From Syntrophales bacterium (lineage in GTDB: Bacteria > Desulfobacterota > Syntrophia > Syntrophales > UBA2210): a stretch of DNA of 64,000 nt. This document shows positions 48,211 through 58,330 of the stretch, one piece after another. Position 1 is the first letter of the stretch, and each line of letters opens with the position of its first letter. The stretch is taken from the NCBI GenBank assembly GCA_963666365.2, contig CAXXNF010000001.1:1440001-1504000 (forward strand), written 5' to 3'. The notes under the pieces were generated by a model, which did not search any database, was not told where the DNA came from, and saw only the letters and a program-made list of their open reading frames with translations. Both the position numbers and the translations under genes were made by a program.

Positions 48211-50016
48211 CTAATCGTTGAAAAGATTATCCGTTGCTTCGACGGTAATGCCTTCCGCCGTTGTCAAGGTAATTGCCAGCCCCCTGATCTTGGGCAGCTC
48301 ATAGCCGAAGTGATACTGCATGGTGAGCAGCTTGCCTTTGTAAAAATCGACGTCTTCCGCCGGAGGGTTGCCGTCGAGGGCCTTCTGGGCGACGATGGAA
48401 ACCTTGAGCAACTGCCAGGCAATACAGATATACCCGAAAAATTCAAGATAGACCGTTGCGTCGGCCAGAAAGTAGTCGGGTCCTCTCTTCCCGGCGATGT
48501 CCGCCAGCGAGGCCGTTACCTGCTGCAGCAGCGTCATGGCCTCCTGAAGCGCAGCGGCGTATTTTTTCAATGAATCAAAGGTCTCGGCTTCCTTTACGGT
48601 CTTCTGCACTTCTTCCATGTATAACTGCGCCGCCTTGCCGCCCTTCATCATCATTTTCCTGCCCAGGAGGTCCATTCCCTGAATGCCCGTCGACCCCTCA
48701 TGAATCGGGTGGATGCGCATGTCGCGGAAATGCTGCTCCAGGGGAAATTCTTCGCAGTAGCCGTAGCCGCCCAGGCACTGGATTCCGGCGCTCGTCGCCA
48801 GAATTCCCATTTCCGATGGATAGGTCTTTGCCACCGGGGTCAGGAGTTCGAGGAGCAGATTGTATCGTTCCTTTTCCTCTCCTTCGGTGGCATGATCAAG
48901 GTCGTGATACATCGCGCACTGTGTCAAAAGCGCCAGTGATCCTTCCACAACGGCACGCTGCAGCAGCAGCAGCCGTTTGATGTCGCTGTGCTCGATGATG
49001 GGAATCTGGGACGTGGTGGGATCTTTCTGGGAAAGCTTGCGTCCCTGCAGCCGCTCTCTCGCGTACTGCAGTGCGGCGTAATAGGCGGCGGAGGCGATGC
49101 CCGTGGCGCCGAGACCGACATCGATGCGGGCGCCGTTCATCATCTGGAACATGTAGGCAAGGCCTTTATGGGGTTCTCCTACCAGCCAGCCGCGGCAGTC
49201 GTTTTCTTCGCCCAGACTCAGCTGGACGATGGGGGATCCCCGATAGCCCATCTTATGGTAGATGCCGGCGGAATGGACATCGTTGAATTCGAGGCTGCCA
49301 TCGTCTGTGTAGCGTTCACGGGGCACCACAAAGAGAGAGATTCCCTTGACGCCGGCCGGGGCGCCTTTGATTTTGGCCAGAAGGAGGTGCACGATATTGT
49401 CCACGCCGTCATGATCCGCGGCCGAAATAAAGATCTTCTGTCCCTTGAGTTTGTAGTATCCTTCCTCGGTGGGTTCCGCCGTTGTGGCGATATCGGAAAG
49501 CGAACTGCCCGCCTGGGGTTCCGTAAGCGCCATGGTGCCCTGCCACTCGCCCGCCATCATTTTGGGCAGGTACTTTTCCTTCATCTCATCGGTGCCGAAG
49601 CTGTTGATCAGTCCGGCGGCGCCCGTGGTAAGTCCGGCGAATACGGAGGCCGAGTAGTTTGCGGCGTTGAATATATACGCAGCAAGGAGATTTATTGTGA
49701 GGGGGAGTTGCTGACCTCCGACCTCATAGGGGAATTCAGCGCCGATCCATCCGCCGGCCCCGTTTTCTCTCATGATCGTTCGTACGTGGGGGTGGACCTT
49801 GACCCTCCCGTCCACCAGTTCTACGGGCAGGCGGTCCATTTCCTCGAAATAGGGCTTGTACAGATCCTCTCCCATTTTCAGCGCCGTATCGAGCACCATA
49901 TCGAATGTTTCTCTGCTGTGATCCGCATAATAGGGATACTGGGTGAGTTGGGCAACATCAAACACATCATGGATCAAAAACTTAACGGTTTTTTCACTTA
50001 CGAATTTCTCTGCCAT
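48211..50016 (-). CDS. Acyl-CoA dehydrogenase (long form)
   Basis: GTMALTEPQAGSSL, GQKIFIS, KGISLFVVP, HKMG, MFQMMN, GGYGY, IHEGSTGIQ. Confidence 0.95.
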   Translation of the reverse strand: MAEKFVSEKTVKFLIHDVFDVAQLTQYPYYADHSRETFDMVLDTALKMGEDLYKPYFEEMDRLPVELVDGRVKVHPHVRTIMRENGAGGWIGAEFPYEVGGQQLPLTINLLAAYIFNAANYSASVFAGLTTGAAGLINSFGTDEMKEKYLPKMMAGEWQGTMALTEPQAGSSLSDIATTAEPTEEGYYKLKGQKIFISAADHDGVDNIVHLLLAKIKGAPAGVKGISLFVVPRERYTDDGSLEFNDVHSAGIYHKMGYRGSPIVQLSLGEENDCRGWLVGEPHKGLAYMFQMMNGARIDVGLGATGIASAAYYAALQYARERLQGRKLSQKDPTTSQIPIIEHSDIKRLLLLQRAVVEGSLALLTQCAMYHDLDHATEGEEKERYNLLLELLTPVAKTYPSEMGILATSAGIQCLGGYGYCEEFPLEQHFRDMRIHPIHEGSTGIQGMDLLGRKMMMKGGKAAQLYMEEVQKTVKEAETFDSLKKYAAALQEAMTLLQQVTASLADIAGKRGPDYFLADATVYLEFFGYICIAWQLLKVSIVAQKALDGNPPAEDVDFYKGKLLTMQYHFGYELPKIRGLAITLTTAEGITVEATDNLFND

Positions 50017-50028
50017 GGCATTCTCCTC

Positions 50029-51312
50029 CTATTCGACAATTTTTATGATCACGTAGCTTTTTTTTCCTTTGCGTAAGCGTATTTCTCCGTAGTCGTCGAG
50101 CTGACCGATTCCGATTATATCGTCAAACCGACCGATTGTTGAGCCGTTGGCATAGGCGCCGCCCTGCGCAATGAGACGCCGGGCCTCTCCCCGAGACGAG
50201 CATAGTCCCACTTCTTCAAAAAGTTCGAATGCGGCGATGCCTTTTTCCAACTCTTTCCTGGATTTGTTGATGGTGGTAATTGCCGAGCGGTCGCCGGTGA
50301 GCGCCCGGCGAGGAATGGCGCTTGAAGGGAAGAGTTTCGAGTCCACGGGCCGCAGGTTGAAGGCGGCGGCGGAGGCCTTCCATGCCGACAGGGCCGCCTC
50401 CTCGTCATGGGTGATTTTTGTCGCCTCAAAGGCAAGTACCGACTTTGCCATATTCAGTTCCGCATCGACCAGCGTCCGCACCACCCTGATTTCCTCCATG
50501 GGCAGGAAGGTAAAAAGGGCGAGAAACCGTTCCACATCGGCATCTTCCGTGTTGATCCAGTATTGAAAATAGTCGTAGGGAGAGGTGAGGGCGGCATCGA
50601 GCCATACCGTTCCCTTTTCCGTTTTACCCATTTTGTGGCCCTGAGCGGTCGTAAGCAGGGGAAAAGTGATACCGTACACCCTTGTTTCTTCCAGTCTTCG
50701 GGTGAGATCGATGCCGGCGACGATATTTCCCCACTGGTCGTTCCCCCCCATCTGAAAGGTGCAGCCGTAATGTTTGTTCAGATAGTAAAAATCGTAGGAC
50801 TGGAGCAGCATGTAATTGAATTCGATGAAATTAAGACCCGTTTCCATCCGCATACGGTAGCTTTCGGCGGAAAGCATTCGGTTGACGCTGAAGTGCCTTC
50901 CGATATCTCTCAGAAATTCTATGTAATTGAGCTCGGTCAACCAATCAGCGTTGTTCAGAAGGAGAGCCTTTTCGTCATTGAAGTCAAGGTACCGCGCCAG
51001 CTGCTGCTTGATGGCCCCGGCATTTGTGTCGATTTCATCGCGGGTGAGAATGCGGCGCATTTCCGATTTGCCGCTGGGATCTCCGATAAGGGCCGTGCCG
51101 CCTCCCACAAGGGCGATCGGTCTGTGTCCCTCCCGCTGCATGTGGACCAGCGACATGATGGGCACAAGGCTTCCAATGTGGAGACTCGTCGCCGTAGGGT
51201 CGAATCCTATGTAGCAGGTGACGGCGTGCCGCGCCAGCATATCTCTGATAAGTGCTTCGTCGGTGACCTGTTCGATAAATCCCCGCTCGGCCAGTGTGTC
51301 ATAGACGCTCAT
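50029..51312 (-). CDS. tyrS: Tyrosine--tRNA ligase
   Basis: YIGFDPTATSLHIGS, IGDPSG, QMGGNDQWGNI, KMGKT, S4-like tail. Confidence 0.97.
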   Translation of the reverse strand: MSVYDTLAERGFIEQVTDEALIRDMLARHAVTCYIGFDPTATSLHIGSLVPIMSLVHMQREGHRPIALVGGGTALIGDPSGKSEMRRILTRDEIDTNAGAIKQQLARYLDFNDEKALLLNNADWLTELNYIEFLRDIGRHFSVNRMLSAESYRMRMETGLNFIEFNYMLLQSYDFYYLNKHYGCTFQMGGNDQWGNIVAGIDLTRRLEETRVYGITFPLLTTAQGHKMGKTEKGTVWLDAALTSPYDYFQYWINTEDADVERFLALFTFLPMEEIRVVRTLVDAELNMAKSVLAFEATKITHDEEAALSAWKASAAAFNLRPVDSKLFPSSAIPRRALTGDRSAITTINKSRKELEKGIAAFELFEEVGLCSSRGEARRLIAQGGAYANGSTIGRFDDIIGIGQLDDYGEIRLRKGKKSYVIIKIVE

Positions 51313-51344
51313 TATAAATACCCTTCACATATTATAGTGTATAT

Positions 51345-52151
51345 CTAAAAGAGAGACGCGCCTGAGCCGTCCTCTCTCACGTGTACGCGCGTGATGTGCA
51401 GGCCTCTTCCGCTTTCATCGTCAATTTCGACAATCACGCCCTGGAGACGTACATCCCTCTTGGCAACGTCGAACTTATTGGGGCGCGAGGTCAGAAACCG
51501 TTCGATGACGATATCCGTTCGCATTCCCAGAATGGAATCAAAGGGTCCCGTCATCCCCGCGTCGGTAATGTAGGCAGCGCCCTTGGGAAGGATCCCTTCA
51601 TCAGCCGTTTGCACATGGGTATGGGTCCCGATAACGGCGCTGACCCGGCCGTCGAGAAACCATCCCATGGCCTGCTTTTCCGATGTTGTTTCCGCGTGTA
51701 TGTCCACGATTACCACGGGAGTTTCAGTCCTGAGAGATGCAACTTCACGCTCGGCCGCCCTGAAGGGGCAATCCAGGGGGCGCATGAACACCCTTCCCTC
51801 AAGGTTGAGTACGGCGATGGGTGGTCCGCCTTCCTTGCACTGCGCCACGATGCTTCCCCGACCCGGCGTACCTTCCGGATAATTTATCGGACGGAGAAGC
51901 ATTCGATATTCATCAAAGCAATCCACCATTTCCTTTTTGTCCCAGATGTGATTGCCCGAGGTAAACACGTCGATAGGATTTTGAAGAAGTTCATCCATAA
52001 TATCGCGGGTCACGCCAAACCCCCCGGCGGCATTCTCACAGTTGGCAATCACGAAATCAATTGCATTGCCTTCGATTATGCCGGGCAGTAATCGCTTGAT
52101 GGCCCTTCTCCCCGGTTTTCCGACGATATCCCCTATAAACAATACCTTCAT
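51345..52151 (-). CDS. YmdB-like (TIGR00282) metallophosphoesterase
   Basis: FIGDIVG, NCENAAGG, TSGNHIWD, DIHAETTSEK, GTHTHV. Confidence 0.93.
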   Translation of the reverse strand: MKVLFIGDIVGKPGRRAIKRLLPGIIEGNAIDFVIANCENAAGGFGVTRDIMDELLQNPIDVFTSGNHIWDKKEMVDCFDEYRMLLRPINYPEGTPGRGSIVAQCKEGGPPIAVLNLEGRVFMRPLDCPFRAAEREVASLRTETPVVIVDIHAETTSEKQAMGWFLDGRVSAVIGTHTHVQTADEGILPKGAAYITDAGMTGPFDSILGMRTDIVIERFLTSRPNKFDVAKRDVRLQGVIVEIDDESGRGLHITRVHVREDGSGASLF

Positions 52152-52163
52152 GTCCCATCGGTC

Positions 52164-53729
52164 CTATTTCGCAAAGTCGGACACCCTCATTTCCCGTATC
52201 ACCGTTACCTTAATCTGTCCGGGGTAGGTGAGTTCCGATTCGATTTTCTTAATGATATCTCTGCAAAGTATCACGGCTTCATTTTCCGAAGTCTTTTCGT
52301 TTTCCACAAGAATGCGTATTTCGCGGCCCGCCTGAATCGCAAAACACTTATCCACTCCATTGAAGGAATTGGCGATTCGTTCCAGATCGGTGAGACGTTT
52401 GACGTAGGATTCCAGCATCTCTCTGCGGGCGCCCGGCCGTGCCGCGGAAAGGGTGTCGGCGGCCTGTACGAGAACGCCCAGCAAGGTGTTGTTGCGGCCG
52501 TCGTCATGATGCGAGGCGATTGCCTGTACAATATTTTTTGATTCCCCATATTTTTTGGCATATTCGGCGCCGATGGCCGCATGGGTCCCTTCAATCTCAT
52601 GATCGAGGGCCTTTCCTATATCATGAAGGAGACCGGCGCGTTTTGCCTCCTTTATGTTCAGTCCCAATTCAGCGGCCATCATCCCGGTAAGATTGGCCAC
52701 TTCAATAGAGTGTTCCAGCACGTTTTGTGAATAACTCGTTCTGAACCTGAGTTTTCCAATCAAGTTAAGGAGTTCGGGGTGAATGTCGTGTATGCCGCTA
52801 TCGAAGGCGACACGTTCTCCCGTTTCGCGGATCACCGTTTCTACTTCCGCCTTTACCTTCTGGACAATATCCTCGATTCTGCCGGGGTGAATGCGTCCAT
52901 CGCTTATGAGCCGTTCAAGCGACTTTTTTGCCACCTCGCGACGAATCGGGTCAAAGCTCGAAAGCACCACCGCCTCCGGCGTATCGTCAATAATCAGATC
53001 CGTTCCCGTCGCCGCCTCGATGGCCCGGATATTCCTTCCTTCCCGCCCTATAATCCTCCCTTTCATTTCATCGGAGGGAAGATTCACCACCGAAACGGTA
53101 TTTTCCGCTACATAATCGGATGCATACCGCTGCACCGCATAGGCGACAATTTCCCTCGACCGGCGTTCCGCCTCTCTCCGGGCTTCGTCCTCTATCGTTC
53201 GAATGGTTCCCGCCGCATCCCGTTTTGCGTCGGACACCATGGCCTGCACAAGATATTCCCGGGCTTCGTCGGCGGTAATGCCGGCAATCTTTTCCAGTTG
53301 CTGTTGCTGTTCCTGAATTGTCTTGTCAAGGGCCTGATGCTTTTCGGAAAGGAGGGTTTCCTTGCCGACGAGAGACTTCTCCCGGGTCTCGATGTTGCTT
53401 TCCTTCTGGGCGAGCGTGTCCATGCGCTTATCCAGATTTTCCTCTTTAAGTCGAATCCGTTTTTCTAATTTATCGAATTCCCCCCTCTTTTCTTTCGATT
53501 CCAGCTCGAATTCACTTTTTGCCTTCAGCAGGTAGTCTTTTGCCTGCAGGATCGCTTCCTTTTTTATGTTTTCCGTTTCCTTTTTTGCTTCTTCGATGAT
53601 GCGCTGTGCAAGGCTTTCCGATGATTCCAGCATTTTTTTTGAAAGCCGCACCCTGAGAAGATAGCCCCCCAAAGATCCACAGGCAATTGCAATTATTACA
53701 ATTGCCGCTAATAATTCATAACTTACCAA
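52164..53729 (-). CDS. rny: Ribonuclease Y
   Basis: N-terminal TM, coiled coil, KH ([11 protein letters not shown]), HD (LLHDIGK); TTG start after GGAGG. Confidence 0.96.
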   Translation of the reverse strand: MVSYELLAAIVIIAIACGSLGGYLLRVRLSKKMLESSESLAQRIIEEAKKETENIKKEAILQAKDYLLKAKSEFELESKEKRGEFDKLEKRIRLKEENLDKRMDTLAQKESNIETREKSLVGKETLLSEKHQALDKTIQEQQQQLEKIAGITADEAREYLVQAMVSDAKRDAAGTIRTIEDEARREAERRSREIVAYAVQRYASDYVAENTVSVVNLPSDEMKGRIIGREGRNIRAIEAATGTDLIIDDTPEAVVLSSFDPIRREVAKKSLERLISDGRIHPGRIEDIVQKVKAEVETVIRETGERVAFDSGIHDIHPELLNLIGKLRFRTSYSQNVLEHSIEVANLTGMMAAELGLNIKEAKRAGLLHDIGKALDHEIEGTHAAIGAEYAKKYGESKNIVQAIASHHDDGRNNTLLGVLVQAADTLSAARPGARREMLESYVKRLTDLERIANSFNGVDKCFAIQAGREIRILVENEKTSENEAVILCRDIIKKIESELTYPGQIKVTVIREMRVSDFAK

Positions 53730-53904
53730 TGTGCCTACCTCCTTGCCGCAACCCCTCTTGCGAAGTTGCACTAAATCGTGATACCGCTATGATAGAGGCG
53801 ATTAGAGGGAAGGTATGTGAAGGGCGAGTTCTCTAAAGATATGCAAGTAATTCGATACACACCACGGTCAAAGCAGGAATTCGACGCACCGCCGCGACCG
53901 AAAT

Positions 53905-54101
53905 AATCCCCCGCATATGCCGTGTCAACCCTATTTTTGAACCTTATACAAAGAGTGGATTCTCTGTTGCTGCTTTAGGCTTTCCGCAAAATTCCCCGAA
54001 GGGACCGAAACGGACGTGCTCACCACAGGCAAGGAAGAGCTTCCGCGCACAAGGCTGTTGGATCAAAAAACAAAAGTTAATCACGAACATCGCAGGGGAT
54101 T
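53905..54101 (-). ncRNA. ssrS: 6S RNA
   Basis: About 197 nt directly downstream of zapA; complementary ends aatcccctgcg / tgcgggggatt; typical zapA-ssrS context. Confidence 0.8.
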
Positions 54102-54104
54102 TCC

Positions 54105-54398
54105 TTATACTATATGCTCTTTCGTTATTATATAATCTATCAACTCTGCCGTTCTGTTTTCCATTTGGCTGTAAAACCGATCTTTCTGACCTCGCTCTTC
54201 AAACAACTCGTCTGCAATATTTAACGCAACCAGTATGGCAATATCTAAATTGGTGCTGTCTTTTACTACCTTCCTTGTTTCCGTTGCCCTCTCGTTTACG
54301 TATCTGACGACACGCGCTACATATTCATCCCCTTTATCACTCAGGATTGAAAATTCCTGCTCCATTACCGTGATGTCGAAACGCTTCTTCAATATCAC
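54105..54398 (-). CDS. zapA: Cell division protein ZapA
   Basis: IAILVALNIADELF motif; position after zapB. Confidence 0.9.
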   Translation of the reverse strand: MILKKRFDITVMEQEFSILSDKGDEYVARVVRYVNERATETRKVVKDSTNLDIAILVALNIADELFEERGQKDRFYSQMENRTAELIDYIITKEHIV

Positions 54399-54410
54399 TT
54401 TCCTTCCGAC

Positions 54411-54641
54411 TTATTGCGGGACATCCACTCCGCTCAGTCGTTCAAGCAGCGAATCAATCTTAGTACGGACAGTATTCCTTTCTTCGCTCAGGGTCCTAAT
54501 TCTCCCCTGCGCCTCCTCCAGTTCCCCGGTTTTCCCTGCCAGCAACGCTTCCAACTCTTCATTTCTCTGTTTGAGCTGCACATATTGATCTACAATCGTT
54601 TTTATCTTTACTTCAAGTTCGTCGAATTTTTGTAATTCCAC
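54411..54641 (-). CDS. zapB: Cell division protein ZapB-like coiled coil
   Basis: FDELEVKI...ERNTVRTKIDSLLERL; upstream of zapA. Confidence 0.8.
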   Translation of the reverse strand: MELQKFDELEVKIKTIVDQYVQLKQRNEELEALLAGKTGELEEAQGRIRTLSEERNTVRTKIDSLLERLSGVDVPQ

Positions 54642-54843
54642 GTCTGCTGCTACCCTTCCATTTTTAAATTTTTTGTCTTCAAAATCAACCGTTAGCCCTA
54701 TCTATACCAGCTCTGTAAGAAAAGTCAAGGCGTTTTCTCCGGCATTATTGTGATGCAATCACTTGATATTTCGGTATAAATCTCTTTGTGACCGGCCGAT
54801 TGGTATGGGGAAAGAGACCCGTAACGGAGGCGATCTTTTTCAA

Positions 54844-55857
54844 TTATTCGTCCGATGATCCAATGTCTCGCCCCTGAAGGGCGCCGCCATCGATGTCAGG
54901 GGAATGAAGAAAAGAGTGGAGAAGGTCGAGTAAGGTTTCAAGATCTTTGATCATGGTGGCGGCGTTCCTGAATTGCGCGCCTCCCGGCAACCCCTTGGTA
55001 TACCAGAGGAGGTGTTTTCTGAAGCTGCGAACGCCTGCCGTCTCTCCATAAAGGGCGATTGACATTTCCAGGTGTGCAATGATGGTAGCTTCCCGTAACG
55101 CCGGTCTCGGAGGCGGCGGATGAATCCCCCTGTTCAAATATGCCTGGATTGCTTCGAAAATCCAGGGATTCCCCAGGCTTCCCCTGGCGACCATAACGCC
55201 GTCACATCCCGTCGAATCCAGAACTTTCCGCGCGTCTTCCGGCGTCCAGAGATCCCCGCTGGCAATTACGGGGATTGAGACGGCCCTCTTGACCTCCTCG
55301 ATCAATTTCCAGTCCGCACATCCCTGAAATCCCTGTGATGCCGTTCGCGGGTGCACCGTAACACTGTCGGCGCCGCTGTCTTCTGCAATTCGGGCGATAT
55401 CGACCACATTCACCGAATCCCGACGCCATCCCGCTCTCAATTTTACCGTGACGGGAAGGTCTGTGGCACGCCGTACGAGGGCGACGGCCAGTGATACCTT
55501 AGCAGGATCCTTCATCATGGCGGCGCCGGCGCCTGACTTTACCACCTTTTTCACGGGACACCCCATATTGATGTCTATCAGATCGGCTTTTTCATCCGTG
55601 GCGATGCGGGCCGCCTCGGCCAGTATGTGAGGGTCAGCCCCGAACAGCTGAGCGCCCAGTGGTCTGTCCTCCGGTGAAGAGGCAAGGTAGCGACGGGTGC
55701 GCGCCGACTGCCTGGCAAGTCCCACCGCGCTGATCATTTCCGTAAAGCAGAGCGCCGCGCCGAACCTGTGCGCAACTGTGCGAAAGGCGAGATCAGTGAT
55801 CCCGGCCATGGGCGCCAGAAAAACATTGTGCCTCAACTTCAGCGTGCCGATACGCAT
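54844..55857 (-). CDS. dusB: tRNA-dihydrouridine synthase B
   Basis: LAPMAG, DINMGCP, VTVKLRAGW, VHPRT, GVMVARG. Confidence 0.93.
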   Translation of the reverse strand: MRIGTLKLRHNVFLAPMAGITDLAFRTVAHRFGAALCFTEMISAVGLARQSARTRRYLASSPEDRPLGAQLFGADPHILAEAARIATDEKADLIDINMGCPVKKVVKSGAGAAMMKDPAKVSLAVALVRRATDLPVTVKLRAGWRRDSVNVVDIARIAEDSGADSVTVHPRTASQGFQGCADWKLIEEVKRAVSIPVIASGDLWTPEDARKVLDSTGCDGVMVARGSLGNPWIFEAIQAYLNRGIHPPPPRPALREATIIAHLEMSIALYGETAGVRSFRKHLLWYTKGLPGGAQFRNAATMIKDLETLLDLLHSFLHSPDIDGGALQGRDIGSSDE

Positions 55858-55877
55858 ATCTATAACGACATTCCCTC

Positions 55878-56405
55878 TTCTCCCTCAGAGCCGCCGAGCC
55901 CGCAGAGAAAACCTATTTTCTATTGTCTTTTCTCTTTTCCTCTGCGCCCCGGCGTCTCTGCGCGAGATGCGTTTCTTTTTTTTGTCTCCCGCAGAGGCGC
56001 AGAGTCCGCAGGGAAAGCCTTTTTATATTTCTCAAATCCCCTGTATTCTCTGTGCCCCTGCGCGAGCATGTTTTTTTGTTCTTCCTCAGAGGCGCCGAGC
56101 CCGCAGGGAAAGCTTTTTATATCTCATAAATCCTCTGCATTCTCTGTGCCCCTGCACGAGCATGTTTTTTTTGTTCTCCCGCAGCCGTCGAGCTCGCTGA
56201 GAAAACCTATTTTATATTATCTTTTCTCTTTTCCTCTGCGCCTCGGCGTCTCTGCGCGAGATGCGTTTCTTTTTTTTGTCTCCCGCAGGGCCGCAGAGAC
56301 CGCAGGGAAAGCCTTTTTATATCTCTCAAATCCCCTGTATTCTCTGTGCCCCTGCGCGATTTTCCTACTTTTCCTACTCTTCCTACTCTTCCTACTTTCC
56401 TCACT
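55878..56405 (+). repeat. Mosaic hairpin array E
   Basis: Same CGCAG/CTGCG modules and loops as array A, ending in a TTCCTACTY run. Confidence 0.92.
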
Positions 56406-56617
56406 CTTCAACTTTTCACTTTCCTTATCATGCGAGGAGATCGAGGCGCAAGATCGGGTTTCGAGGTGCGAGTCCAATCCAATTCTTGCGTGAATAATGT
56501 GATTTGTGTAAGATGTGAGCGCACTGCAGATGTTCTGCCGGCGCCTTCCGCCCGAGGCGTTCTCCGGAAGGTGCGTGGGTGTCAAAAATTTTTTGCTGAT
56601 AAAAAAAGGAGCGAATC

Positions 56618-57472
56618 ATGGATAAAAAAGCACTGATCGATATGTTGAACAGAGATCTTGCCGATGAACACGCGGCGGTACTGCGGTATCTGATTCATGC
56701 CTATCAGGAGGGCGAGGATACCCCTGTCGGGGCAAGCCTCCTTTCCCGTTCTCGCGAGGAGATGTGGCATATGCACTGGCTCGGAATGATCATCGGCGGA
56801 TTGGGTGGCGAGCCCGATTTCACAATAGGACCCTACCCCTTTGATCCCACGTCAAGAGCGACCATGCTCAAATCCTACATTGAGTATGAGGAAAAATTAA
56901 TTCCCCATTACAACATAGAAGCGGAAAAGGTCGACGACCCCCATATAAAGCGCGTTCTGCAGAGGGAGGCCTGGGAATCGGCCATTCACGCGCGACGCTT
57001 TCACCGGCTGCTCGACAAGCTTTCACCGGAAGTTGCCGATGGCCTCCCCGAAGGGGATCATGAGCTGCCGGCGGCATTTACGGACACACTCACGAAGGAA
57101 CTCCTCCTGAAATATACGGAAATGCTGCAGCACATCCGGACCTCCTGGGTGTTTCAGGCGGAAGATGCCCTGGGGTGGAAAATTATGGATCAGGCCATGG
57201 AAAAGATGAAACATCTCGCCATGTTTGCTGAAGCGCTTGCCGAAGACGGGGCCGGACTTTCATTTAACGCGGGGGCGATCGATACAAGCCGGGCGATCGG
57301 AGACGCACTGAAAAAGGCGCTGGAAGATCTTCAAAGGGTCGGCGCCCGCTATGAGGAGCTGAGAAAAGACGGAGAGTTTGTAACTCACGCGGGTCTTGTC
57401 ATGAAAATGGATCTGGCGGTGCAGCAGATCGACTATCAGACCGATGAAATTAAAGAATGGCGAAAGAAGTAG
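56618..57472 (+). CDS. Ferritin/bacterioferritin-like protein with two tandem four-helix domains
   Basis: DEHAAVLRY, EEMWH, EYEE...Y, ESAIH; second domain with EKMKH. Confidence 0.75.
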   Translation: MDKKALIDMLNRDLADEHAAVLRYLIHAYQEGEDTPVGASLLSRSREEMWHMHWLGMIIGGLGGEPDFTIGPYPFDPTSRATMLKSYIEYEEKLIPHYNIEAEKVDDPHIKRVLQREAWESAIHARRFHRLLDKLSPEVADGLPEGDHELPAAFTDTLTKELLLKYTEMLQHIRTSWVFQAEDALGWKIMDQAMEKMKHLAMFAEALAEDGAGLSFNAGAIDTSRAIGDALKKALEDLQRVGARYEELRKDGEFVTHAGLVMKMDLAVQQIDYQTDEIKEWRKK

Positions 57473-57475
57473 CAT

Positions 57476-57931
57476 ATGATAGACATTCGAAGAGCCAAAA
57501 AAGAGGATAAAAACAGGGTGATTGAACTTCTCGGCCAGTTTCCACCTGAGGAAATTTCCCTTGACTGGGAAGCCGCGGCTGCCGCATACCTCCGGCTTGT
57601 GGATGATCGGGAGCGCTACAGCATTTTTGTGGCAGACGAGGACGGGGAGATTCAGGGAGTGATTACCATGTCCTACCCCATGGCGATCCGGTGCTGCGGC
57701 GTCTACAGCTGCATCGAGGAATTCATAGTCGCCGCCGGCGGGCGGGGCAAGGGGGTGGGCGGCACACTCCTTGCCGCGGCGCTGGAAGAAGCCGAATCAA
57801 GAGGATGTGACGAACTCCAGGTCAACAATCCCAGTGCGGCGGGCTATCCCGTGTATTTAAAATACGGATTCAAGGATCTGGGCAAACACCTGAAGATCAT
57901 GTTTCCTCACAATGCCCATCCGGGTGCGTAA
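57476..57931 (+). CDS. GNAT-family acetyltransferase
   Basis: IEEFIV...RGKGVGGTLL, YLKYGF. Confidence 0.88.
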   Translation: MIDIRRAKKEDKNRVIELLGQFPPEEISLDWEAAAAAYLRLVDDRERYSIFVADEDGEIQGVITMSYPMAIRCCGVYSCIEEFIVAAGGRGKGVGGTLLAAALEEAESRGCDELQVNNPSAAGYPVYLKYGFKDLGKHLKIMFPHNAHPGA

Positions 57932-57939
57932 GAGCACAG

Positions 57940-58330
57940 CATGTTTTTTTGTTCTCCCGCAGAGGCGTTGAGAGCGCTTTGATCATTAATAGCGTTTGGA
58001 TCGTTAGTATCGTTAAGAACGTTATGATCGTTGAGATCGTTATTTTTTTTATCCTCTGCGTCTCGGCGTCTCTGCGCGAGATGCGTTTCTTTTTTTTGTC
58101 TCCCGCAGAGCCGCTGGAAGCGTTTTGATCGTTAATAGCGTTTGGATCGTCAGTATCGTTAAGAACGTTCTGATCGTTCTTTTTTCTTATCCACTGCGTT
58201 CCCTGCGACTCTGCGCGAATTTTCCTACCCTTCAAATCCCCCTCAATCCCCCTTTACAAAGGGGGAAGTCGACGATTCCAACGTTCTAAACAAACCCAAC
58301 ACTTTCTACCCTTCCTACTCTTCCTACTTT
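57940..58330 (+). repeat. Mosaic array F: CGCAG/CTGCG arms enclosing GATCGTT nonamer runs, with a nested CCCCCTTT/AAAGGGGG hairpin
   Basis: Two nonamer runs (about 57975-58042 and 58120-58178); aatccccctttacaaagggggaa at about 58245-58267 within the TTCCTAC tail. Confidence 0.88.
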
